DNA of 64,000 bases from contig MU058781.1 in NCBI GenBank assembly GCA_013265495.1, forward strand, positions 972,963 to 1,036,962. Direction: 5' to 3'. This stretch comes from Vicugna vicugna. Lineage: Eukaryota. Shown here one piece after another: positions 42,591-54,472 of the stretch. How positions within the stretch are numbered: position 1 is the first letter of the stretch; every line of letters starts with the position of its first letter. Under the pieces are notes generated by a model. It was not told where the DNA came from and made no database searches. It saw only the letters and a program-made list of their open reading frames with translations. The translations under genes and the position numbers were made by a program.

Positions 42591-42818
42591 CACATAAAGG
42601 CTTTCGTGGAAATACAGTCCCACGTCGTAAAAGTTTGCATCATGCCTCACTGGGTGTGTTCTGGTCTTCAGATGTTCCGTCTGCCACCAATGCAAGACAC
42701 AGCCACCCAGTCGATGAAGCAGGGACACTGTGAGGAAGTAGGAGCCTCGGGGAGCTTTGTTCTTGAGACCCCTTATACACTTCATCTGCATCTGAAGAGG
42801 CTGAGGGGACCCGGGGTT
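42591..42818 (-). CDS. OFCC1: Internal coding exon of an OFCC1-like gene (NPGSPQPLQMQMKCIRGLKNKAPRGSYFLTVSLLHRLGG…HDANFYDVGLYFHESLYV)
   Basis: Acceptor tcttttcttttggttgaacag| and consensus donor GTG|gtaagt at 42590-42589. It is 228 nt, open, and ends in phase 0, joining in frame to 21615. The peptide resembles the OFCC1/ojoplano family from memory. The 5' boundary may be 42828 or 42846 (see findings). Confidence 0.82.
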
Positions 42819-44732
42819 CTGTTCAACCAAAAGAAAAGACAGGTTTCTTGAATTTCTCGAATTACGCAGGAACTGGGTAAACCACACAATTAGCTGCAGT
42901 GCGCTTCTCAGGGAGGGAGAAAGCAGACAATTATTTTTGTCCAACCTGTAATTGTCAGGTGTTAGCCATGATGACAGAGGAGGACACATGACATATAATT
43001 AGGGGGACAAAAGGCAAGCCTGCCGAGCATGCGAGGGAAAGTTTAGCCAATTTTTAAGCATGGTATGTTAATGATCTGTGACATCAGAAACCATTCATCT
43101 GTTATAAGAAGATAGAATTAACGGGGAACCAACACTTCTAAAAACCACACAGCAGCCTCCTGAGGTACCTGGGATGAGTGGATGCAGGCCGTTAAGTTTG
43201 AAAAGCGACAGCCCTTCCCTCTAACGCTAGCACAGACTATGCGCCGCTTTGACGAGTGGTGTGCAAACTGGTCAGACTCACACCACACCTGATCGAGTAC
43301 TTTCCCTGGATTTAAACATGAGGTCACCCTGCCCCACAGGTTTCAAATGAGAGTCAAAGAAGCAAAGCATTTCAATATGCTCTAACTTAACACTGGGCAC
43401 AAATTGCATGTCACTAAAGAATATGATCCCAGAATATTTTACAGGACATTTGAATTCCATTGCTTTCCCTTTAGGTGAGAGAAACAGGCCATTCATTTTC
43501 AGTAAATGCTGAAAAGTTTGTCCAAGTTGATAAGATATTTAATGGACTATCGTTTCAGATTGCACAGAAATTAAACTGGGATTATTAAGAACTCAAATGT
43601 CATTAAGTTATGTTTTCCATACTCACAAGTCCCTAACAGTCTTCAGAATCATTTGACCTCGAAGAATTCTCTATTACATTGTACTTTAAGCAAAATTAAT
43701 GTCATTTTTGGAAGCAGGTCACTCTGCTGGCTACCCAGTTTAACAGCACCACCCGTTAATCTGCAGTCGACAGTAAGCACATTGTAATCCTGCCTACACT
43801 TTATTCTGTGAGAGATAATCTATATTTCCACGTAGACAGTACGCTTCTGAAACCAAATCACAGTGAAACAAAGTGCAAGTTGCTAAAATTCTTTTGTTTT
43901 TTTCATACAAGTCATACTTAAAAACTAATCAGAGCAACAATTATTTTTTTCGTTTAATTAGAAAATCTTAATTAGCAATAAAGACTTAACCTTAGTATTT
44001 TGGTTTCCAAAAATATTTTTTAAATTAACACCATATGAATAAATAAGACAATCTCTTTAAACCTCAAGGCAGGATTACTGACGCAGGCCGACTGAGTTAT
44101 TAAACACATTCTAAATTAAACGCCTCTATGAATTTTATACTGAAATATATTGTGATAGTTTTGCATGCCAAATGTGACATTTTGTATTTTAGATTCATCT
44201 TTCGGAGTAATTTTGGAAATGTCATACAAACAAAGATTTTGTCATTTACCAATGGAATTACTACGCGTGGCCGCTTAGCCAGCTCTTTGCTGGCTTTCGT
44301 GGTTGTTTCAAGTCAGCAAGCCATAAAAAATCTTTATCTCTCTGAAACACAGCAATTTGGAAGATAATCGAATGGTGACTAGGGGGCAGAAATGCCAGTC
44401 TGAGGAATTATACCACAATCTCTCTTGCATTTACAACCTTCCTCAGAGCGGGTGTCAGCCGGGTAGGAGAGGAGATAGAAGATTCATCAAATCTCAGGCC
44501 TTGTCGCATTTGCATGGTGGCAAGTCGGCCTCACTGTCCAGGGAGAGCCCAGCCTGGGACCATGGACACCGTCTGGAGGAATTTCTAGTGGCTTCGTGTT
44601 GGAGCGTGTTAGTCATTCTTATTCTAGCCCAGAATTGCCCTCAAAATTAGTTATTAAGACCTGCTAGAACTCTGCTTCTCTTGAGGGTCCTACAGGAGGA
44701 AGAGCACAACAGGAAAGTGAGTCTGACTGATT

Positions 44733-44940
44733 CTTTTTTTTTTTTTTACAAATTACTGAAGGTGGTTCACAATGCTGTCTTAGTTTCCGGTGTACAGCAT
44801 AGCGGTTCAGATGTGCACACACACACATTCCTTTTCATGGTCTTTTTCATCATAGACCATTACCAGGTATTGAGTGTAGTTCCCCGTGCTCTACGGTAGG
44901 ACCCTGCTGTTTATCTGTTTTACATCTAGCAGTTAGTATC
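44733..44940 (-). mobile_element. Lineage-type L1 3'-end fragment
   Basis: Poly-T, then ttcacaatgctgtcttagtttccggtgtacagcatag…gtagttccccgtgct. Same family as 5136-5390. Confidence 0.82.
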
Positions 44941-45310
44941 AGGGCCATTGACCTTACATCTAACTTTTCATGTCAGAGGAGAAAGGTCTCGAGAGCCTCA
45001 CCTTCCAGCAAGACCGAGCTGCTCCCTTTGATCCGTGGGTGTCCTCTGTGAGGGTACCGAGCTCCGCGGTGCTGCCTTCTTTACAAACACCGAGGTCTGC
45101 AGTTAGTGGCTGGCGTGGAGCTCTGCAGGGAAGAGGGGAGATGGGAGGAAGAGACACTGACAATGGGGGATAACGGAAAGGTTTGCCTTTGGTACACATT
45201 TTGTCAGATTAACTGGCAATTAGACAAACACCATATTACAGATACTGCAGTTGATGACAGCTGGGAGGTGAGCAGTTTTTGAAATGAGATCCTATAAAAT
45301 ATGGCTTGGC

Positions 45311-45471
45311 AGGGAGGGTGTAGCTGAAGTGGTAAAGCGCACGCTTAGCCTGCGCAAGGTCCTGGGTTCACTCTCCACCACCTCCTCTGAAAAACCGAGA
45401 TACACCTAATTACCTCCCTCCCTCCAAAACAAAATAATTAAGTAATATAATAGTAAATAAAATATTTTTTT
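45311..45471 (+). mobile_element. tRNA-Ala-derived SINE (Vic-1-like)
   Basis: tRNA head, cctaattacctccc motif, and a TSD aaatatggct on both sides. Confidence 0.88.
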
Positions 45472-47306
45472 AAATATGGCTCTATGTATTAACCTCTGAT
45501 CTCCCAACAATTAGAAAATAGCTTGCTTCAGAAATTACCGGAAGATCAAATATTTGATAAAACGTGTTGCCACTTCATTTCCTACCCCTGCGCCTTTAAT
45601 CTTACAAACTGTTAGAGACACTATGGGGGAAAATTATTTAAATAGAAGAATAGAAAATACAACATAAACTTTCCCTTTTTTTTTTTTAATGCAATGCCCA
45701 GAGATCAAGATCTATTTCTACCCTCAGAATGTTCCCCAGGCTCTTTCCCCCTATTAACATTTACTGACTTGATCTGAGGTTCTTCGCTATTGACTTTTTC
45801 CTTTTTCTTTCTTTCTTTTTTTTTAAAGCTTCGTAAGTCCTAACAGCCAGAATTCCCCTGCTTTTTCCCAAATTCATCTGAATTAAGAAGGATCTTGTAT
45901 TTCACATCTCCTGACTTAAGCTTAATTCCATCAGAGGGCCATCTGTGACAATGACAGCATCCCCACCAGAGGAGTGGCCTTTTTGGATCTCACAGCTGAT
46001 TTAGTTTCCTGGGATGGAAACAATTCCCCTTAATTGGGTTAGAGCTACACTGACACAAGGGTTCATTAGGACACCCATTTGCTGGCAATTCAATTTCAAA
46101 TTAAATACACTTTGTTGTAGATTTTATTACTTTTAAACTACTGTATCTATTGTCTGTAACGGCCCTATTATACAGTTATGAAGGTAACCTGATTTCATTA
46201 GTAAACATCAGACATGTGATATTAACCACAGTGAGATGTTTTCCTCAGTTTCTTCCTTTGTTCCCTTGGCAAGGATTGTAAGGCACTCATGAAATATCCT
46301 AGGAACTTAATCTAAATAATTAGATGCTGAATCCATGATAATCATTCTAAAAGGGAAAAAAAAAGCAACAACAACCACAGTCCCTGGTTGTAATTCCAGT
46401 TCTTCGTGATTAAAAGTTCTCTAAAAATACCTCCCTTAGTTTGAAAGGAATGCAACGCACATCAAAAGGTTAACACACAGCTTTTACACGACACCAGGTG
46501 CCTGAGATGTCTAGTGACCTGTCCCCATGGAGCCGTCACACCCTCGACCAGGAGCCACACCAAACATCAGCCCACCTTTGAATCAGGCCCTGTGCCATGA
46601 TATTCTTTTTTCCTCCTTGTACACAGCACTTATTAAATTTGTCATTATATAAATATATGTGTATGTTTATGCATTATATGAATTTTAATTTTATCAAAAT
46701 CTCCCCAGCAAAGTCACCATTAGGCCACATCCCAGAGATAAAAACTGGTAAAATACTGAAGTCCATTCTTCACAGCTGGGTAGCTAGACACTTTTTTTTT
46801 TCCTTTATAGAATGAGGCTGATGCTGTAAATATGCTGTAACTTGCATATTTCACTTTGTGTATTACAGGTATTTTCCAAGAGATTAATCTTTTTTCTTAG
46901 CATAATTTTTTAGTGATGACAGTGTTTAATTTTAAACTCCTACCATAATTTATTTAAAGAATCCCTTGTTGTTGGATATTTAGGTTAGTTCCAATTCTCA
47001 CTACTGTAAGTTAGCTTATACTTAGCTTGCTTGCATATAACGTGGCGTAGACCTCCCTGGCCACTCTCCTGGGATAAAGTTCCAGCACTAGAAATGGTGG
47101 CTGTGGGAGGTACTTTAGTCTTCACCTTACTGAGTACCGAAAGGACACGTCAGCAGTATATAATCCTGCCTGCACGGCCTGGTTTCTCTGGTACTGAACA
47201 GTCTTCATAGAGAGACAGGTCCCACTCCAGCTGAAACTTTATTTTCACTGCTGGTTGGATTAGAAGTGAAGAAAAAAGGCGGTGAATAAACAGCACTGAT
47301 GTACAG

Positions 47307-47528
47307 CGAGGTTTCTCAGCCTCTGCACTGTTGACATTTTGAGCCACATGATTTCTGTTGTGGGGGCCGCTCTGTGCATTTATAGATTGTTTAGCAAGAC
47401 CCCTGGCCTCTGCCCACTAAATGCCATTAATAGCCTCCTCCCTAGGTCCAGTCGTGAAAATCAAAAATGTCTCCGGTCGTTGCTAAATGTCCCCTGGGGG
47501 CAAAATCAATCCCGGCTGGGAACCACTG
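47307..47528 (+). mobile_element. MER20-like hAT DNA transposon, full length
   Basis: cactgttgacattttgagc…aaaaatgtctcc…ctaaatgtcccctggggg…gaaccactg with a perfect 8-bp TSD atgtacag (47299-47306 / 47529-47536). Confidence 0.9.
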
Positions 47529-48595
47529 ATGTACAGTATTCACTAGTATTCATTTCGTGCTTAGCATGCTCAAGGCAGTCTTTGAAATACGTTGTATTTA
47601 TTATCTCATTTAACCCTTCAAATAATCTACCAAGGTATTATTATTCCTGCTTAACTGACGAAAAGCTGATGCTAAGGAAAGTTGAACATCTTGTTTGATG
47701 TCACAGAGAGTGAAGCCTAGATTCAGAGCGACACCATCCGGCCTGAGCATCTCCTCTGAGCCTACACCCATCACCCCTGCCTCTCCTCCTCTGCGCTGGA
47801 GAGGCAGCAACCTCCACATCCAGATCTTAGACGCTCCCGCACTGGACCAAGGAGCTGGATATTTTCAGAGAGACAGATAAGCACATACTACCTTTGCTAT
47901 AAAGCCCCATCCGCAAACTGTTGTACACGACTGAAAGGGCACAGATGAGTCCCGGGAGGAAATCGGGGCGTGGTTCTCAAAACCTGAACCTTACGGTGAA
48001 TCAGCTCAGGGGGTGCTTATCTCCTCTAGTTGGCCCACATTTAGTCCACAGCAAAGCAAACAGAATAAAACGCATGACATGTACCACTAAGGGGACGTAC
48101 CTCTCGGCCGTTCCGTCAGTCTTCAGACACGACATAGGAATGTACTCAGTGAGTCCTTCCCCTTCAAATTTCAACTCCTGCGTGAAAGGAAACAGAAACA
48201 AAGAAACAAAAAAGGAGCTTCAAGGTACGCTTGAAACATCTATGTGAAAGTTGGCTTTCTAAGATCAGGGTATGCTAACTCTTAAAAGTTAAGGTTCCCA
48301 CTAAGAACATGGGAATTATACTGTGGGTAACCACCTTATTATGGAATCTTGAGTTTTCTTACTCTGCTTAGTTACTTTTTGTCCAAGAAGATAGAAGGAA
48401 TAGTAATCTATATGGAAAAAAAAAAAGAGAGAGAGAGAGAAATGCCTTGTGGATAACAACACAGCTTTCTTTACCTCTGTTTCCCTATTTTTCCCACCAC
48501 ACATACACACACACACCCTCCAATAATACAGTTTAACAAAATGAGAATGCCTATATGGTTAGATGTGTAGCATGCTAGAGATGTTAATAATAATT

Positions 48596-48705
48596 GTGAC
48601 CATATACTTTATCATCCAGTCCAGGACATTTGGGCTGTTAAGAGGCAAACTTAATTGTTCTAGGACAACAGACAGAACGCAGGACTATCTCATGCAAACT
48701 ATTGT
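48596..48705. mobile_element. Short hAT relic (MER81-like)
   Basis: gtgaccatatactttatcatccagtccaggaca terminal motif. Confidence 0.5.
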
Positions 48706-48779
48706 CAAAAACACTCCTCCAGATGTTCTGAAAAAGCTATCATGTAGGCAAATACTAACATATTTAGTGAAAGTGAATG

Positions 48780-50300
48780 ATGAGAGAATGAGAGACAGAG
48801 AGAGAACCCAGGATGGAAGCTGAAGTCCTTTACAACCTAATTTTGCAAATGACATACCATCACTTCCACTGCATGCTATTGGTCATACAGATCAACCCTG
48901 GTACAGCGTGGGAGGGAATTATACAGAGGTGTGAACAACAGGAGGCGGGAATCATGAGTCCATAGTAATTATGAAATCCAGACGGCCAAATGTTGGTACT
49001 TTCTTGACTAAGTCTCAAGATCTGGGAATAATTCTCTGTGGCTCTTGACTCTGTCCTCTGGACCTTTAATTTCAGCTTCTGGATCTTCCTTCCTTTTTTC
49101 ATGTTTGCAGCTAAGTAGCTTTCTCAGCTTGCTTCCTGCTAGTAGAATGTTGGAGTCCAAAAGGCTTTTTTAATTTTGTCCTCTCTCTGTTCCTTTCAAT
49201 CAAAGCAGATGATTTTTCTGCTTACATACTTCCATTTAAGACTCTGTAGATCTCCCATGAATCCTAGTGGAGTCCACCTCATTAGACAGAAGCCAAACCC
49301 ACAAATCTCTTTAGGAGAAGACCTTCTCCTTCACAGGGTGCTACTGACAGGATGAGGGGCAATAATCTTATGTCCCCTAGAAATCCTATTGCTTGATTTA
49401 GAGGCACTGGCAGGTGCACACTTGATCTCTTTAAAATGCCTTTTTTCTGAGTGAATAGTATTCTGAGGTATCACCTCTGGTATTTCTGAAGCCTTAAAAG
49501 ATTTGACTGTCACATTCTTACTTTCATCCTTGAGCTATATTTTCCTGGTATCCGATCTTTGCGCCAAAGACACTTCTTTATTTTATCACTGCCTAACATC
49601 TTGCAAGGCTGAGAAATTTAGAAAACAGCAAGTCATGACTCATTCTGTTTAGAAGTCCTTTCTTGAGCTTCTCTCTCTCCCCTCACATTTTACAAGCAGC
49701 AGCAAGGAGAAAGCAGGCGGCACTCCCAATCCTCCAGTTAGAAATCTCCTGAGCTGGACCAACCAGGTCATTATGTACTTTTTCTACTTTCCACATAACT
49801 ACAGGCAACAGTGTTGCTAAACTCTCTGACACTCTGTAATAAAGATTTCCCTTCCTCTAATTTCCAATGAGCCTTCACCTCGCATCCTTCTCAAAGATCA
49901 GGAGGTTTCTAGCACCATCGCCTTCAAGGTCCTTTAGCTTTCACTGACACTCTGCTCAAAGTCCACTGCACAGTTTCAGTGCACTCTCACATTTTAAGTT
50001 TTGTTACAGCAATACTCCACTTCGAGGTGCCAAAATATGTACTCATTATTTATTGCTCTATAACAAAGTATCTAAAACTTAGCAGCTAAAACCCACAAAC
50101 ATTTACTATTTCACACAATTTCTGAGGATCAGAAGCCCAGAAACCATTTAGCTGGGTTTTCCTGGCACAGTCTCTCGTGAGGCTGCAGTCAGGCTCTCAG
50201 CTGCGGTTTCCAAGTTCTCAGGGATCAACCGAGGCTGGAGAATCTGTTTCTAAGCTCAGTCATGTGTGTTAGCAGGTCTCGGATTTTTGCTGTTGGCCAG
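48780..50300 (-). mobile_element. MaLR provirus remnant: partial LTR, internal segment, partial LTR (MLT1E/F/G-like)
   Basis: LTR text ccatcacttccactgcatgctattggtcatacagatcaaccctggtaca (about 48860), internal sequence ending ccacttcgaggtgccaaaat (about 50035), then LTR end tattgctctataacaaagtatctaaaacttagc. Confidence 0.75.
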
Positions 50301-50678
50301 AGTTATCTATGAAAAGGTACAGGAAATGTGAAGTATTGTAACATGTTGGTATAGAGGAGAAGATTTACCAGGGTGGTATGCCAGCAATAGGTGTTGTGTT
50401 TTATATTGTGCTGGGCTTGGACAAATAAAATTCTTAATGCAGCTCTGCCAAGAGGGCTTCTAAAATAGGTATGTGAGATCAAATAAAATAGTACATATTC
50501 TCAAGTTTATTACATACTAGTTTGAGTGAGATTTCATAAAAGTCACGCTAATCTACACTCACTGAGCACTTATGCTCTGCTGGACACCGTACTTCATTCA
50601 GTCTCTCTTTCTACAAGTATTTGCTGTGGGTTTGCTTAATGCCAGACAGTTCCTGCTGGAAGGCAGGAGTCCAGTGGT

Positions 50679-50680
<2 letters not shown>

Positions 50681-50713
<33 letters not shown>
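50681..50713 (+). repeat. Perfect (AC)16 microsatellite
   Basis: Directly visible. Confidence 0.95.
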
Positions 50714-50715
<2 letters not shown>

Positions 50716-50769
50716 ATCTGACATTATAAAGCCTTCTGTTTGATGGACCTGATATATAAAAAACAAACT

Positions 50770-51200
50770 TGAGGAATGAATAAAACAATAGTAATGTGGT
50801 AAGCACAATGGAGCATACAACCTAAGGGACACTATTTTTAGGAGAGAAGGAAATGATCAGAGAAGACAGTGATTTTTAAAATGAGACCTGAGGGGAAAAA
50901 AACACTTAAGCTATGCAGAGATTAGGAGAAACTGATCATTCTAGAGAGATCATGCAGAGAGAGCAGCATGTGCAAAGGTCCTGAGGTAGGACATAGTTTT
51001 GTGTATTTTAGAAATACTGAAAGAAGATCCATGTGACTTCAGTTCAGCCACCAGAAGAGGATACTGGGAAACTGGATTAAAAACATAAGCCAGAACCAGA
51101 TCCTGCTAAACCTGGAGGTAATGTTAACTATATGTTACATGCAATTGGGAAACCATTAAAGGGTTGAAGAAAATGAGTGATACTGTCTGATTTCTACATA
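50770..51200 (-). mobile_element. L2 remnant
   Basis: gagagcagcatgtgcaaaggtcctgaggtagg and attgggaaaccattaaagggtt. Confidence 0.7.
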
Positions 51201-54200
51201 CCATGATGAAATTTTGAAAATAGTAAATGCAAGTTTATGTTTTCTTCTCTCCTATAAATCACACTGCTTAGCAAAATTCAGCTGTTGTAGCTCCAGTAGA
51301 GAGGGGAAATGCCTCCTGGGTGTGGAGGACATCAGAAAGAAGTCACAATCAGAAAGCAAGAGGAAGTGGGGGCACTCCCCTCTTTTGCTCCCAATGGATT
51401 GTGAATCGGAGAGGAGGTAAAAGTGAGAGAAGCAAGCAGTCAAATGTACATGTATATGGCCTTCCCCCACCCCAGCCCTTCCTCTCTGAGGCAGAAATCC
51501 TGTAGGAAGAGGAATAAGAAGTGTGAAATAAGTTTGAGGAGAAATCCAGGAACAGAGAGTTTATGCCAGTCTTCCAATGAAAACTTTGAAACGAGACCAT
51601 GTTCCATAATACCCCATGCACCACACGGCAGTGTGACGTTACTGCATTAGAGTAAAACGGTGCTTTGTGGTCGTTAATCACAGAGAGAGCCCAAGTTTCG
51701 GGTCTGTCTCAGTGAGGGTCCTGGAAGAAACAGATGTCCTCTCACAATTAGATGATTTGCTGAGGAAGGTGTATTTAGAAGAGTATTACTACAATGCTGT
51801 GGATCTAGAGGCAGGCTGCTCCACCAGCACGTCTGAAGGGATGAGGAGACAGAGCAGTCGTCACCAGGACACGGAAAGAGAGTCAGGGAGAGTTCTCTAT
51901 TTTGAGAACAGCCGTGGTGCTGGGTGGAGGGGTCGGCGGAGCCAGCTCAATGCAGTTAACCTCACAGGAGGGAGGAACCAGTCCTCCTACCCCTAAGCAA
52001 GACTTCCCATAAAGCAACCAGAAGACAGACGGCACAGAAGCCCTCCCAGTTCAGCCTCCTGTGGCAGAGGACACCATGGATTTAGGCTGGTGAGCTTGCC
52101 AAGGAGCAAAGGGTGCATGCAGAGCGAACCGTAGGGACACACGCTTGCTCTGTTTGACATTGTTTTGGAAAAAATAATATGACAGATTCTTTTTGGCTCA
52201 GGAGGGAAACAACAGGTGGATCAAGCTACGATCACTCTAATCCAATGATCAATTTTAGCATCGTAAACGATGCAACAACCAGGTATTCATATCTTGATCT
52301 AACAAAGTATGAAACACAACGTTGTCTCTGATGTATTCCCACCAAAAACATTTATCTTGAAACTGAACAGCTCTTTTAGGTCAATTTCCACATATTGGAA
52401 GTACAGGGAATAAGAGAACAGGCTAACATCACTAGGAGGAGGCAAGGGGACAAATCTGTCTATAGAACATCTGTGGTGCACCTGACTCAGTCAACGTCAG
52501 GTTTTGACTTACTGAACACCAGACACATTTGTATGATCCTGATTGGGTCCTGGTTTAGACAACATGTGGTAAAAGATACTTTAGGAATAGCAGGTGAAAT
52601 CTGAGTAAAGACTGGATAGTAGATAAAATTAAGGAATTACTGTAAAGTTTATTAATTATGTTGATGATTTTGGATATGTTTTTATTGTTTAATGGTGCAA
52701 CAAAGTTTTTTTCCCTAACTGACTACCTGCTTCTCACAAAACTAACAGTCACTCACGAATTCCCCCTCTTCTGAGGCCTGTCCATAGAGATGCCCAGTCA
52801 TTTCTTGTAATGAAACTACCATCAGAAAATGACCTTTAGTGAGGGACTGGCCACCACAGTGTCTTCTTTCACGAAGCACTGCTGGAACTAGTGAGGGGAA
52901 CCGGAACCACGAGAAGAAGTTTACATACTTTATTTCTGATTTAACCTTTTAAAATATGAAAAAAATGAGTCTGAGGTTGTCAGAGTGGAATGCTGGGTCA
53001 AGGAACCCCAAACAGCATAACTTCATGATTTTTACCCTAAACTCAGCATCTTTAAGCATAATTCCTTTTTTTCATATTTCTCTAAAACAGTCCTGTTTCA
53101 TTAGTTCTTTTTACTAAACTGACCCGAGAGGAAAAATGCAGCTGAAAAGCCTGTTAGTCCACCCAAGAACATGTTTTTAAGTATGAATTTCAAGGCGGAC
53201 GAATTAGGCACCTGATTCTTGTACGCATGCTCTCTGATTAAACTTCCTCATGGGTATTACTTCTTGTGAAAGAAAAAAATTAAACAGATATAAAATGATT
53301 GTCATAGTGATCACAGGAATACTTAAAAAGCTCTTCACCATTCTGGCAAATCTGTTGTATTAGTGAAGACTTACTGAACAGTAAAATGAGATTAAGTCAT
53401 AGCTAATAATTTTTTTGACCTTAAAAAAAAATCAAAGATTCAATGCTTCAGGATCTTTTCAGAAAACCTCTGTAAGCCTGTAATACATCTTTTACATGAA
53501 AAAAATATATATATATATTAAACTTGGAAAGAATTTTAAATATGAAGTATCCACTTCATTCAATTTTCTTGTTTCATATTTACAAAATCTCAAAGTTGAT
53601 GATGTAAATTTTAGCCCACATGAATAACCTTAGGCATAGTGGAGCTAGGAAGAGGTAGCAGCAAACGGAAAAAAAATTAAAAAAAAAATACATGTTAGAT
53701 TTCAAACAAGCATTTACTAGGTGGTCTTTTTACTACCAAAAAATATATTTCCTGGTATTAAGTTATTTGTTTTAATATTTATAATGTATAACCCCTTTCT
53801 ACTAGCATTATATTTGCAGAGATTCTCAAACATACGGGTCTTTTTTTTTTTGACACTTTATCTCTCTCCCTCTTTGCACTGAGGTCATTCATCTCAAGGC
53901 CTCCTTAATATTATACATCACTTTCATTAAAATCCTTTCAGGAAGGAGCTTGATATTCACTGAGAATGAGCAGGCTGATAGTTCAACTTGGATGGCATGC
54001 CTCCTGAGGATTTTACCATAGAACAAGGAGAATCACTGAGAAGCTTCAGGTATGGAGAGATTTTTTAAGAGAAATAATAGAACTAAAACGCGGAGAAAGA
54101 TAAACAGAGAAGTGAAAACACATTATTCAAAATCATAGATGGAGATGATTTATAAATTAATTATATTATAGAACCAGGTAAAATCTTAAAAGGACCTCTG

Positions 54201-54337
54201 GCAACTACACCAAATAAGTAAGAATTGCTTTAAACAATGGTGACATATTTTATACAGACACACACACAGAACACACACACATATGTTCTGGTCTTTCAGT
54301 GTTTTCGTTTCACACAAAATGACTTTTACATTTTAGG

Positions 54338-54472
54338 GAGGGGAGGGTATAGCTCAGTGGTAGAGCATGTGCTTAGCATGCACAAGGTCCTGGGTTCAAT
54401 CCCCAGTACCTCCATTAAATTAAAAAAACCTAATTACCTGCCCACCCCAAACAAACAAACAAAAATAAATAC
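54338..54472 (+). mobile_element. tRNA-Ala-derived SINE (Vic-1-like), best preserved copy
   Basis: GGGGAGGGTATAGCTCAGTGGTAGAGCATGTGCTTAGCATGCACAAGGTCCTGGGTTCAATCCCCAGTACCTCCA with tail and a perfect TSD acattttagg (54328-54337 / 54473-54482). Confidence 0.92.

Noticed and set aside
54341..54415. Apparent tRNA-Ala gene (also at about 22395, 36350 and other copies)
   Set aside because: These are SINE heads. They have A-rich tails, TSDs and CpG-decay substitutions, and lack a T-run terminator.
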